From Amoebidium appalachense (taxonomy: Eukaryota > Protista > Ichthyosporea), in assembly GCA_963693365.1 (NCBI GenBank), contig CAVNZM010000007.1, positions 8,553,962 through 8,617,961 on the forward strand: 64,000 nucleotides of DNA, read 5' to 3'. Under the pieces are notes generated by a model, which saw only the letters and a program-made list of their open reading frames with translations, searched no databases and was not told the origin of the DNA. A program made the position numbers and the translations under genes. Below are positions 12,860-26,665 of this stretch, piece by piece; positions within the stretch are counted from its first letter, which is position 1; each line of letters begins with the position of its first letter.

Positions 12860-13039
12860 GAGGTTGACGTACTCTTTCGACTTGTAGTAAACCACCCCCA
12901 GTTCCTGGTGGGGCAATGGGTCTGCCTCGGCCAATGAAATGGCTGCCTCCAGGCTACGTTCAGCCAATGGGAAGTTGCGAAGGTGGCTGTGCTCCATTCC
13001 ACAGTACATGAGGGGCTCGGCACACCTACATGTGTTGGG

Positions 13040-13076
<37 letters not shown>

Positions 13077-13397
13077 TTGAATGCGTCAAAAAGTACGAAG
13101 TACACAAGAACAAACGGATAACACGATGCAGAATGCAAGCCATACATAAAGAGTATGCATAATAAGCAGAGCCCATCCTCAGGGGGGGCCCACGTCATCC
13201 ACAGTACCCGAGTTTCGACCTATTCCCCTCGTTAACGAAACCCAACTCAGATACTGTTTCACTTGAACATGAGTAGGTCACCCGTCTTGATCAGAGACGA
13301 GCAGGGTTGCTTATGCAGGCAAGGGCAGTGGGAAAGGCCGGGGGTTAAAGTTGCAGCAGTAAGCAGAAGCAAGAAAAATAGGGGGGGGGGGGGGGGG

Positions 13398-13455
<58 letters not shown>

Positions 13456-14168
13456 ATTAAACATGTGCAGGAGATAAATAAGGTACAGTGTGTGTTGTGA
13501 TGGTGAAAGGCTACGTGTTTGTGTGTTTATGTGTGTGCACGCGCATTCCGGGGCAGGGGGAGAGGTGGGTGGGGGGGAGGGAGGAGGGAGGCGGGAGGCG
13601 GGGGGGAAGGGGCAGCATGGAGGAATATTAGTTACATCATAACTTCCAGGCAAGTAAAGGGAAATATGAGACTGATAGGGTTTCGCGCATTCTTTTTGCC
13701 AGCCAGCTACCATACGTGGTTTCTTCCATGGACTCAATCGGGCCCCAGCAACACACCGTAGGCCCCTCCCTCCTCATCGCCCACCTCTTGCCCCCAGCCC
13801 TCTCTATCGTTTCGTTTCCATCAATTTTTTGAAGTTGTCTTATCTCTCTCCAAAAGAGCACTAAATACACCATGAAGTTTCACCCCAGATGCCTGCAAAA
13901 GCTTTTCCGGCGCAGAAATCAAGTCATCGGTGTTTGCCCAGGCTAACATCTATGTATGGGTGAGACACACGGGGGGCGTCCCGTATGCTAAGTTGCCATT
14001 AGAATGACACTTATATGCATGTCAGCACACTCATACACCCACCCTTTCAGCAAACGGGCGGCTGTAGTGTATGAAGCCATTGCTTGGTCGTGCTCCCCTG
14101 CAGAAGCAAACGAGTGTCCAAACCCCACGTAGGCAAGCCCATAGCCCTCATCAATCTCGATGGCCTTG

Positions 14169-14220
<52 letters not shown>

Positions 14221-14321
14221 ATGTGTGTACGTGTGTGTGGGAGGGTGGGGGTGGGGGGGGATATGTGTGTGGAGGGGTGGGAGGGGTTGGCTGGGCGGGT
14301 GTGGGTGCTGTGGGTGTGCAT

Positions 14322-14352
<31 letters not shown>

Positions 14353-15552
14353 GGGGGGGGGGGTGTATGTGTGTGGGTGTGTGCTTGTGGTGGTGGGGGA
14401 GGGGGGGGGGGGGGGGGGGGGTTAGTTCACGTCGAGTGTTAGCAGAAGAGTGTTATAATTAATGCAACGTTGACAGCAGGCCCTGGCTACAATATGTATG
14501 AAGGGCCAAGGGGGGGTGTGATACAACAGATTGAGCTCACTAACGGAACCTCGCATCCCCTTGCTGTGACCCTGGCCGGAGGGCTGTTGCGTACTGCCCT
14601 TTCATGCTCGGAGGGAAGGGGGGAGGGGGAGGGGGGGAGGGGGGGAGGGGGGGGGGGAAGGGGGGGGGATTGGGGGATGTATGCATTCGACAGTGAAAAA
14701 CATGGGAGGAAAGACAAAACGAAAACCAAACCGCACTGCCCAGAACGATCATTAAGGCGTCCGGGATAACACATGGTCATCTATACATACGTAACATCGG
14801 GCCTCCCAATCCATACCTAAAATAGCGTCGCGCCATCTGCTGATTGGCTGTCAGGTAGTAGTAGCATGCCACGGCAAACCAGGCCAGCGCCAAATTTGGG
14901 CGTCTTTCGACCAATCGGTGGGCCCACATAAACAGAGCATTGGTCTGCCGCAGTTCCGTCAGGCACACCACGTGCACCTCTAGACATCCCGTGTGGTGGG
15001 GGTCATTGTCTAGAACCCTGTGGAAGAAGGGGGTGGGGGGGGGGGGGGGGGGGGGGGCAGGGAAGGGAGGGGGGGAAGGGGGGGGGACGAAGGGGGGTTG
15101 GGTGGGGGGAGGGGGTGGGGGGAGGGGGGAGGGAAGGAATATATTACAGAGTGCAAATACATATTTAAAACGGACAACACACTTGCAAAGAGCACACACA
15201 GAGTATGCATCAAAGGTATCCCCGGGTGCGCGGGGGGGGGGGGGGGGGGGGGGGGGGGTGTTATTTATCCACAAAACTCAATTGTGTGCGTGTGTGCGTG
15301 CGTGGGTGCCTGCGTGTGGTTGGGTGTGGGTGTGGGTTGTTGGGTGTGTGCGAAGGTTTTTGTGTGTGGGTGGGTGCATGCGTGCGTGTTTTGTATGGTG
15401 TGTGTGTGTGTGTAGGAGGGTGTTGGCATGCATGCAAGCATATATATGCGTGTGAGTATGTGAGAGTGTGTGTGTGTGTGTGTGTCCGTACATTTGCGTG
15501 TATGTGCATGCGACCGTGTGTGCGTTCGGCATGCATTTCTTGTGTGCATTTC

Positions 15553-15646
<94 letters not shown>

Positions 15647-16392
15647 TGTGTATTGGTGACTGTGTGTGTGTGTGTGTGTGTGAGTCTATGCATGTGTGTG
15701 TTGTGTGGTATTTGTCCGTACTTTGTAGTGATATTGAGTGCCCCCTGGTAGTCCAGCAGGGCACATCTTCTTGCTGCATCACTGGTCAGCACATCCGCAC
15801 TGGCTGCTAGTGACCCAACGTGGGGGGGGGGGGTCCGTCCACTGCACCCTATAAGGTTACGTGTGGTTAGATTGATGGGTGGGTGTTGTCTTCGTTTTAC
15901 TTGTATGTTGCTTGAAGAATAGATCTAGCCAATCTTGCAATACACCCACCAGTTGTACGTTCCCGAGAAGAAGTAGGGCTAAAGGGGTCCAATGAGCGGG
16001 GACAGGAAGAATGGGGAACAGAAAGAGGACACACGCACAAGGGCACGAACAGGCGCATTTACAGGGAGGGGGAGGGGGAGAGTGGGCTGGGAGGGGGAGG
16101 TGGTGGGAGGGCATGGGGAGAGGGAGGGGGGGGGAACCACCGCCATCCATGTGCACACTCTTTTCTCGTTCACCCGCACACACCCTCACCTGCACCCTAC
16201 CATGTGCTTATGCAGCGCACACGTGTGATATGGTTGTTTCTATGATCAAGGCATACACAGCACAGCAACCGCCTGGGTCACAAGGCCAACCCATTAAGTT
16301 AGTCATTTACATACTGACACACTCCCGTACATGTGCACAACCATGTGCTCACACGAACGCACACATGTGCGTGCGTGTGTGGTGTGTGCGTG

Positions 16393-16482
<90 letters not shown>

Positions 16483-17752
16483 CTTTATGATCATGACACA
16501 AGCCTACCCCCCCCCCCCCTCCTCCCTTCCCCTTCTCCATCCACCCCCCCCCTCCCCCCCCCCTCCCCCCCCCTCTCCCCCCCCCCCCACACACACACAG
16601 CCACCACACCACCCACCCCGCACCTCCAACTGCCGTGCCTGCCTGGCCATTCTCTTGTATAGATTTTGGATGATGGGCCCCAAATCTCCGGCCTGCTCGT
16701 GTGGTAAACCAGCTAGCAAGTCACTCTCTGCACACCATGCATTAGTCACCTGCAAATACCTTACCATGTAACTCTGTGCCCCCACGGCCCCACCCCCCTC
16801 CTCCTCCTCCCCACCCCCCCCCCTCCTCCTCCTCCCCCCCCCCCTCCTCCTCCTCCCCCCCCCCCCCTTCCTCCTCCTCCTCCTCCCCCCCCCCCCCCAC
16901 CACCACCACCACCACCACCACCACCACCACCACCCCTTCCCCCTGGAGCCATACATACAAATATAAAACACACAAAAACAACACACAAAAACAACAGAAG
17001 ACAGGTATAAAAAATGCAGTGATAAATGTACTGTTACATACGGGCCACTGTAAAAAACTTAATCACCTCTACTCGCTATGCACACACCTTCCTTTGCTTT
17101 CCATGAGTCCCACCACACGACCATTATTTGTTCCTTACTGCCAGTCTCTTAGTGCACCAACGCATATTTTCAATCTGTCGGTCTCTGGGCTGCCAGCCTG
17201 CTATAGGGATGATTGCATCCCACCACCCGTATACAGGTGGAAAACTGTAACATTTTCATTATCAACACAAACATAACTAACATAAAGAGAGAGAAAGAGA
17301 GGGGCGAATTCGAGTGTGCGTAGGGGCCCGCGGGGCCGGGGGGGGGGGGGGGAGGGGTAGTTTACCTTCCTTTGCAGACAATAGCCTTTTTTCTGTTAAC
17401 CTCGTAAATGCCTGCATTCATGGATAAGGTTGTAAGAGTATTGCTCGCATAATGGCCCCCATGTACACCTGGACACATGCATACATAGGAGTTCCTTCCG
17501 CGCACACCGGATGCACATATAGGAATGGGGCTGGCTCACCAACAAATAGGCCAGACTCAAACACATCTGTGCACCCGCACACAGAGCTGCGAAGACGTAC
17601 TAACAAAACATATACAAGCAGCACACGCACACACAAACGCGAGCACAGGTGAACACAAACGTCCACACACACAGCACACACATACACACGCAAAAAAAAG
17701 GAAGAAAGGAAACACACACGCCCGCGCGCGCGCGTGCGCGCGCACGCACACA

Positions 17753-17820
<68 letters not shown>

Positions 17821-18544
17821 CGAACACACACACACACACAAAAAAAAAAAGAACGAACGAAAGAAAGAAAGTTAGAAAGAAAGAGAAAGGGAAAAAGAAA
17901 AACACCCACATATCCAGGAACATTTCACACACAAACACACACGCACCTCTGCGCAGAACACATCCTTCTTCAGTGCCTGCCGGTAGCATTCCACCGCCTT
18001 TTCACTGCTATTTTTAGCCTCGAATATTCGCGCTCGTAGCACGGACATTGCAACCGCACACTGTGAATTCCCCAAAAAATCAGTTCAGCCCCCTTGCATG
18101 TTGTGTCCTTGCCCCCCTCCCCCCTCCCCCCCCTCCCCCCCACTCTCCTCCCCCTTCCCCTCTTTTCTACCCTGACCCCCCCTTCTCCCCCCCCCCCCCC
18201 CCCCCCCCTGGGCCGCCGCCGCTCTCCTTTCTACCCGCCCCTACCCTCCCAAGCCACCACCTCCATCAACCCTCCCCCACCCCCTTCCAGGGCCTTCCTT
18301 CCTCCGAAAGTGTAAACAATCACTCTCCACCCCCCCCCCTCCCCGGCCACCGCCGAACCCTCCCCCCCCCCCCCACCCCACCCCAGTGTCTCCCAGAACC
18401 CAACCATCCTCCATCCTCCACCACCTTACCCTCCCCCCCTTCACCCACCCACTCTCTCTTCCTTTCCTCGATGCCACCGCAAGTCTGCGGCCACACCACA
18501 AGCTTCTTTTGTCTTTTTCAACCCTACCACTCACTCTTTCAAAG

Positions 18545-18578
<34 letters not shown>

Positions 18579-19232
18579 ACCCCCCAAAAAACCTTCCCCA
18601 CTGTTGTCCCCATCACCCCGTCACCTGCCCTCGCCCTCCCCCTTCCTTTCCCCCCCACAAACACACAAACACACACACACACACACAAACACCAACATAA
18701 ACACACAGACACACTAACACTTTCATCTCTGGATGGCTTGGCAGAGTAAATGATGTGGTGCTCTAAAGCAAACGTAGGTTACTTCCGAATGTCAAATTCG
18801 TCCAGTTGCTACGTGCTGTCCATGCCTACTTATATTCCTAGTTGAAAGCGATTCAAGAAAACACCACAACAGAATCGTGTTGAGACAAAATATGCACTAT
18901 GTGTGGCTTGTGTGTATGTGTGTGTGTGTGTGTTAGTGCGCCGAGGAGGGGGTGAGGATGGGGGGGGGGGGGGGAGGGGGGAGGGGGGGGGGGGGGGGGG
19001 GATAGGCATACATTTTTTGGGCCGTAGGTCTCCTTTCCTGCTGCATTCCTTGTATCATCTGTACGATACAGGGGGTCAGATATCCAAACACCACAATGAT
19101 TTAAACGGGAATATCATTTGTGTTTTGATATATATTTATCACATGTACAGGCCGCTATTAGTCGTTCTGTATCATTTTATTGCCATCCCGACTGGACCAC
19201 TCTCAAAGGAAAATAGCATACTCCTACAGCAA

Positions 19233-19317
<85 letters not shown>

Positions 19318-19760
19318 CGCGCGCGTGTGTGGCTGGGTGGTGGTGGTAGGGAGTGGGGGCATGGGGGGGGGGGGGGGGGGGGGGGTGGTTACGACATGAG
19401 ATTCGAATAACTAGGAGTCCAGTGCAATTGCTACCATATATAGACCCTGCAAATTACTACCACATGCAGACAGTGAAATTTACATTTACTATGAAGTACA
19501 TGCAATTGTTAACAGTGTAATCACTAACATGTACAGACAGTGCAGCTGCTACCAAACATAGAATTATATTCAAACGATACATCTACTGTAACTGGGGGCA
19601 GGCAGCACCACATACCTTCACCGACCATGGCCAGTGCATCATCCCATTCCTGCAGTGCAATCTGTGCCCGGCCCACCAGTCCACCCAATCAGTGCCAGGC
19701 TCCATATTACCATTTGTGGTACCTACGAAGACAATAACCCAACACTGGCTGGGGGAGGGG

Positions 19761-19798
<38 letters not shown>

Positions 19799-19974
19799 GT
19801 AGGGGTTAGTGGCACATGTGTGATGCATGTCAATACACCCGATGGCCGGTGATGTATACACCATACAACTCGAACCAACGTATGCAAGTGCACATATGCA
19901 TGAGTATAAGAACTTTATTTCCTTTGGCTGGTTTTGTGTGTGTGTGCCCGGTGGGTAAATGGTGTGTGTGTGTG

Positions 19975-20007
<33 letters not shown>

Positions 20008-20023
20008 GTGTGCATGCGTGCGT

Positions 20024-20054
<31 letters not shown>

Positions 20055-20563
20055 GGGGGGAGGGATAGGGGAGGGCCGGGGTTGAACGAGCCATAAAGTA
20101 CGAAGTACACATCCACAACGGACGATGGGTACGGTTGCTTATGCAAGCAGGCAACAGGCAAGGGCAGTGGGAAAGGCCAGGGGTTTAAGTTGCACCATCA
20201 AGCAGAAGCAGGAAAAAACGGGGGGTTTTCAGGCTGATATTTCCGATATAAATAGTGTGGGGTGCCTACATGAGCCAGTGCGGCAAGGTATCTGGCCGGC
20301 AGGCTGCCAGGGAGCAGTTTTGCCCTCTGAAGTACGTGGATGGTGCGGTGGTGCTGGCCCGCTACAAAGTAGGCATTGGCAAGGTGGTACACATCCTCGG
20401 CAGCCCCTGCACACAAACATATTATAATACACTTCGGCCCTCCCTCATGTCCGGTCCGCCTACTACCTCTCTCCCTCTGACTCGCTGCATCTTGCATCTG
20501 TCTCCCACACACTCACTTTTACTCTCACTCTCACTCTCACTCTCACTATCACTCACACACACA

Positions 20564-20651
<88 letters not shown>

Positions 20652-22051
20652 CCTCTCTCCCCTGCGCCCCCCTCCCCCCCCCCCCCCCCCCCCCCCCCCC
20701 CTTTCACTTCTCCCTCCACACACCCTTCCCCACCCAAAACGCACACACCCGCAACCCACCACCGTCAAAACGACCGATTCCTCAACTCGCCCACTAGCCC
20801 TCCCTTCCCCTCTTCTGCCTGCAAGCCTCCCCATATCTAGATCACCCCACTAGAATCGAATGAAACCTTTAAAACACCCCCAAAGGGCACCCGAAGACTC
20901 CCCCCCCCCCCCCCCCCCCCCCCCCAAAATTCCACATGCACAATAGTATCATCACCCCCTGCAGTATAGAGCAGGTTGGGTGCTCTGGGGGAGGCGAGAA
21001 ACAGGGAGGGGGAGGAGGGATGGTGCATGTGTGGCAAAGAGAAAGATAGAGGGCCAGGGCATGGCCGTTGCCGGGTGGGGGGCCCGGGGGGGAGAGGGGG
21101 GGGGGGGGGGGAGGGGGCGACAGGGACAAGACTAGGGGGGGGGGGGGGGGGTGATTGTGTTGTGTTGCGCATGTAGCACACCTTTTGACAGGCACACGGC
21201 CTTGTCTGCCCAGATAATGGCCGTATCGTGCAGGTGCAAGTCTAAATACTCCTGCCGCTTGGCCCGTGTCTGGGCAAGCAGTGCAGTGGCTGTGGCCGTG
21301 GGTGCACCTGTGCCTGCACTGCTTGTTTTTCTGGACAGGTGTGCTTGTCAATAGGGCGTGAATAAAAGGGGAAAGTAGGAATGGGGGGTACGGGGGAAGG
21401 GAGAGGGGGGTTTCGCGAGAGGAGTGGGAGGATGGGAGGGTGTGGGGGGGCGCCGGGGGGGGGGGGGGGGGTGGACTTGTGGTGGCCAGTAGATAACCAC
21501 TGTGAAAAAGCAAGGAGTGGGGATGCGCATTGATGAAGCAGCTGTTGTTCGATCACTAGAGCTGTTCAGGGTTAACTAAAGATGGAAGGGTGTAGCCAGA
21601 GACGAACGGGTGGTCATGAAGAAAAAAAAAGAGTAGGTATGCGTGTTGTGCGTGTGCATCTGTAGGGGAGGGGGAGAGGGGAGAGGGGGAGGGAGGGGAC
21701 GGAAAATGGTAAGGTGGGGGGAATGTAAGGTTTACCAATGCGCAGGGGTAAAGGGGGGGGGGGGGGGGGGGGGGAGCAAAAAGAATAAAGAGCAAGAACG
21801 TTCACCTGCGCACATGGAGCCCTCTAAAAATCAAGTGCACAAAAAAATGTAGCACAAAAACCCCGCCTTATGCACACACGCACGCACGCGCCCCCACGCA
21901 CTCTCGTGTGTGCCCACACAAACACGCACGCACGCACGCACGCACGCACGCTGACGCACACCACATACACACATGCACGCATGCACGCACGCACGCACGC
22001 ATGCACGTACGCAAATACACACAGAGAGGCACAGGCACACAGGTACACACA

Positions 22052-22102
<51 letters not shown>

Positions 22103-22112
22103 GCACGCACAC

Positions 22113-22193
<81 letters not shown>

Positions 22194-22320
22194 CCAACTT
22201 ATGCTAGACTTTCACCTCCCCCCCCGTGCTCCCAACACTTCGCTACCGCACATACCTGAGCCCAGCCGCATTGCCAGACAACTCAGGCTTTGCCTGCTGT
22301 CGTCCGGCCCCAAGCCGCAT
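10723..22320 (-). CDS. CDC16: Anaphase-promoting complex subunit 6 (Cdc16/Cut9, TPR repeats), ~15 exons
   Basis: Exons 22320-22256, 21330-21182, 20406-20270, 19661-19616, 18762-18719, 18060-17947, 17411-17366, 16727-16624, ~15848-15722, 15017-14817, 14168-14043, 13025-12873, 12481-12341, 11779-11644 and 10830-10723. Motifs include AIIWADK, CYRQALKKDVFCAEAF, DPHHTGCLEVHVVCLTEL, AWFAVACYY, ARRYFSKA, GFGHSFASAGEHDQAMASY and HQELGVVYY. One exon is off by 1 nt at a G12 run. Confidence 0.92.
13075..13380 (-). mobile_element. G-tract-inserted structured repeat, subfamily B: ~305-bp monomer in a CDC16 intron
   Basis: Starts with a G tract then TTTGAATGCG and ends at a G tract. Shares core blocks ATAAGCAGAGCCCATCCTCAGGG.GGGCCCA.GTCATC, GAGTTTCGACC, CCAACTCAGA and CCCGTCTTGATCA.AGACGAGCAGGGTTGCTTATGCA with subfamily A; the remainder is diverged. 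Confidence 0.85.
20082..20219 (-). mobile_element. Core-deleted derivative of subfamily B G-tract element in a CDC16 intron
   Basis: G tract, then TTGAA..AAAGTACGAAGTACAC joined to GGTTGCTTATGCA..CAGGCAAGGGCAGTGGGAAAGGCC..AAGTTGCA..AAGCAGAAGCA, then a G run. Matches both ends of 13075-13380 but lacks the ~160-nt core. Confidence 0.7.
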
Positions 22321-23730
22321 TTTGCTCAACTATACGAGCCGCTGCCGCGCAGAGAATACAGAACCACAAAATTGTCGTTCCTTTCTATGAAGGTGTATGA
22401 AGGGGCGAGGGTGTGGGTGGTGCCTATGTCCACCCTACACTAGACTAAACTTCAGGTGCACACAACTACTCAATCGAACTGGGACTGAGGCGCAAAGGGG
22501 AACCAGCATAGTCACTTGAAGAAGAAGCAGCGTGCCTATGCGTCTGCGTTAGCCCTGTGCAGGCTGTAAGTAACCGTCTCGCGAGACGTGCGTTGCCAAG
22601 ACTCATGACTGATGCCGCAACTGGCAGAGCTTCAAGTGTTCCTGCAGCTGCGAACTTCCCGCCATTTTCGAATAACCACTTATGTCTTTCTATAGGCTCC
22701 TTTGATTGGGTACATTATTTGGACGCCCGGTCCCCCGGCCCCTCCCCGCCCCCTCCCCCCCCCCCCCCCCCCCCGGCCCCGCGCGGGCCTCCCAGCCCCC
22801 GGGACCCCACGTCGGCCTCCCGCCCTCCCCCCCTTCCCCGGGCAATCCCCCCCTCCCCTCTTCCCCCCCCCCCCTCCCCCTCCTCCTCCCCCCCCCCCCC
22901 CCCCCCCCCTCCCCACCCAAATGGCCACAAACTGTCACCACCGCCATCAGCTGGTCTACTGGCCACACGTAGCACGTGTACACAGTGCACAGGCACACAC
23001 ACGCACACACGCACGCACACACACACACACACACATGTCTATTTATTACAGCCAGTAGGTGGCTGCCATATATCCCTTACCACCCTTCCATCATGACAGA
23101 CTCATCAGAATTATGACAAACTGCATCGAGCTGGGAACATGTATTTCCAAATCCCCCCTCCCCCCTCCCCCGCGCACTGGGAGCCATAGTGTTTACGTTA
23201 TTAAAGGGTGCAACTAAGAATGATTTGCAGCAAATACTCGCTTTGCTCACAATGTTGTATAAGGATAGAAAAATGTACTATGATACAGATGATGTATATG
23301 TACCCGTGCATGTTCCAGTATTTGAACGTCCCACAGCTGGCTCAGTAAATCAAATAGAGAGGAGAGGGACCCAGATTTGCGATTTCCATTAATTAATGTT
23401 AAAGTGCACCCTATCATACATGTAATTTGCTAAGAGAAATTTATTTGACTTCATTTTCTTTCACACCAGGGCTATGACTTACACAGGTTTGGATCGATAC
23501 CACATGTCTCTGATTTGATCTTGCCCTGCATTTTCGCACTTTCGACATTCGCAACTTAGCAAGCGGTTATCTGCTACGTGTAGGGAGGAAGGTTTAGGTA
23601 AAAGAATGATTACTTGTGGAGGAAAAATATAAAATCCACAATAAAACTGCCACAAGACTTAAAACTCCACAATAAAACTGTACGTATTGGTCGGTAGGGT
23701 AATCGTGTGTTGATTAAGTTACCGGTTTTT

Positions 23731-23761
<31 letters not shown>

Positions 23762-23930
23762 GGGGGGGGGGGATCCAAAATATTTCCGAAGCCTTCGGAA
23801 ACCAAACCTCTACATACAGCGGTAACCTATCAAGGTGTGTTTCATTTGAAAGGTAAGGTTGATTCGTGCATTTCTCATTGTTGCGGCAATTAAGGCACTA
23901 GTCAAGACAAAAACAATTAACTCAACAGGG

Positions 23931-23964
<34 letters not shown>

Positions 23965-24111
23965 GACAAGTCATCAAATTTGTTTGGTTTTTTTAAGTAT
24001 TTGAGCGTCATCAACACGCCACCTAGAAGCTCGCGAGCACCCCAAAAGGCCTCACATTGCATACTGATTCACACACATACTTAGCCATGGTGCGACCTCT
24101 CCTCACACCAC

Positions 24112-25012
24112 TCAAACCGTAACAGATTGGTTTTCCGGTGTTTCTTCGACCACATTCTGCTCCACTGTTTGGTGTTCCTTAGGCAAACAAGCAGGGCTAT
24201 TACCACTCTCCCCATTTTCTGCATCCGGAACCCCGTTTGATTCGGCCTCTCTTCTGAATATTTCCATTTGCTCGCATTTGATTCGATCCAAGTCATCCGC
24301 TGAATATCTCTGTACCGCCCACACCGTTAGTACAAGTCCCATAAGGTGCACGCCCGCACAAACAATAAGGATTTTGGGTATGCGATAGCTTCTTCCAGTG
24401 GGGGGAATGTGTATGTGGCCAAGGCACACAACAAGCACACACACAGGCACCATGCCCAACCTGCAGACACACACATAGAACAAACCAACCTTGCAACCCT
24501 AGACTCTTAGATCATTACACCGTAGCCACCCAATATGTACAACACCATATACTATTAGGCAGCCACCCACCACCACCAGACCCCAACATACACCACTATC
24601 CCCCGTAAACCCACCCACACCACACCACACATTCCACCACTTTAGATGAACCAATGAGAGCCAAGTTTTCAAGTTTATTCATAGGTTCTGAATGGAGGGG
24701 AAGCCTGGTGCTACCCACCGGCGTGGCTGGGGTTGATACCCTGGGCAAAGTGTGTACATATAGTTAGGATTGTTATAGGTGTGTTAGTTTAACTAATAGC
24801 ATCGTAGCACCCTAGCTAGATTACTGTCGGTGCTGGGTGGAAGACGGTAGTTCCCCCTGAGGGGCCCTAGGGGCACCTCCGGGAACAAAACGGGATAGAA
24901 TAAAAATTAAAATGTATGTGGCCAAGGCGGCACCCAGCTTGCCGCATGCTGCACAGATACCACAGCCAGACAACTCAGGTTTTGCCTGCTGTCGTCCGGT
25001 CCCGAGCCGCAT
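24112..25012 (-). pseudogene. Chimeric CDC16-exon1/PHO84-C-terminus pseudogene, interrupted by an insertion and a frameshift
   Basis: ATG at 25012 reads MRLGTGRQQAKPELSG (CDC16 exon 1 copy) then CGICAACGKLGAALATY (PHO84 copy) in one frame. It resumes after the insertion with a 1-nt deletion near 24383, then IPKILIVCAGVHLMGLV...QSVTV*. Confidence 0.8.
24426..24912 (+). mobile_element. 487-bp non-coding retro-insertion (SINE or LINE 3' end) with 16-bp target-site duplication
   Basis: TGTATGTGGCCAAGGC at 24410-24425 and 24913-24928. The insert is absent from the intact PHO84 copy and ends with a GTTCCC...GGGAAC hairpin (24850-24886) followed by AATAAAAATTAAAA. Confidence 0.75.
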
Positions 25013-25423
25013 TTTGCTCAACTATACAAGCCGCTGCAGGCAGAGCATACAGAATTGCCTAGTCGCACCTTTCTATGAAGGTGTGTGAGGTGGGCGGTGT
25101 GGGTGGTGCCTCTGTCCACCCTACACTAGACTAAACATGCAGGTGCACACAACTAGTCATTCAAAATGAGGCGCAAAAGGGAACCAGCATAGTCACTTGA
25201 AGTAGTAGCAGCCTGGCAGGTGTACCTATGAGCCTGCATGAAAGTTTTATGACATAGGCTGTGCAAACAGGGTGTACAGTATGTAGATAACCGCCTCGAG
25301 ACTTTGTGCTTGACAGACTGAGGTGGCCGCGCAGTCGCAGATCGGGAATCCGAATTTCCCGTCATTTTTGAATAACAGCTTATGGCTTTCTATAAGCTCC
25401 TTTGATTAAGTCACAATTATTTA

Positions 25424-25464
<41 letters not shown>

Positions 25465-25947
25465 GGCCCCTCTGTCAGCCTCCCAATCCCCCCCCCCCCG
25501 ACCGCCCGCCTGCCCGCCCACCCTTTACATGGCCTCCCATTCGAAAAAATTCCTTTGCCCCGGGATATGTATCTGCATTATCTCGCCTTTTCACGTCATA
25601 TGAGCACATCAATAAAGTCATCCTGGAAAAAGGAAAAAAAAAATCAAGGCCGCGTGGTACTCATATTTAATTCATCACTATTAGCACTGCCCCGAGGGGG
25701 GGGGGGGGGGGGGGGGGGGGGGAGGGGGGGGAGAAAACGGGGAGGAAGGGGGGGGGGGGGGGGGGGAGGGGGGCTCCTACTAGTATGACTTGCAACGGTG
25801 ATATGTGCGTGTGTGGCGGTGGTGGTGGTGGTGGGGGGGGGGGGGGAGGGGGGGAGGGGGAGAGGGGGGAGGCGCGGGGGGGTTTCCTATGACCAACGGT
25901 GATGTGTGTGTGTATGTCACGTGGTGGGGGGGTGGGGGGCGGGGGAA

Positions 25948-25993
<46 letters not shown>

Positions 25994-26255
25994 TAGGTGG
26001 GTTGGTGGGGGGGTCGACGCCCCTCCAATGACCATAACGAATCTGTATGGCTGTACATTTGCTTTTGGCGATTGCAAGGAGACACGGCCAATGTTGTCAC
26101 AGAAGGAGCTAATGCATCCTTCGCCTGTACGAGTCAGTCATTGATCCGGCCCCCCCTTCCAACTCCAAAGGGACCCAACCCCTTCCCCCCCCTTCCCACC
26201 ACACCGGCCACGTGCACCACCACCTGGTCTACTACCGCCACACGTAGCACGTGTC

Positions 26256-26290
<35 letters not shown>

Positions 26291-26348
26291 TTAAGTGCAC
26301 ACACACAAGCACGCGCGGGCACACACACACACGCACGCACACACACAC

Positions 26349-26385
<37 letters not shown>

Positions 26386-26623
26386 TACACGCACACATGC
26401 ACACACGCACACACGCACACACACACACACGCCTATCTAGTAGAGCCACTAGCCTACCGTAGTGGCTGGCGTATATACCCCTTACTTAACAACTTCATCG
26501 CACATCATGGCCACCCTTCCATCATTATTGATGGCCTCTTCAGAATTGTGGAAAACTGCATCGGCCGGCAACATGCATTTCCTTCCCCTCCCCTTCTCCC
26601 TCCCCCCCCTCCCCCTTCTCCCC

Positions 26624-26665
<42 letters not shown>

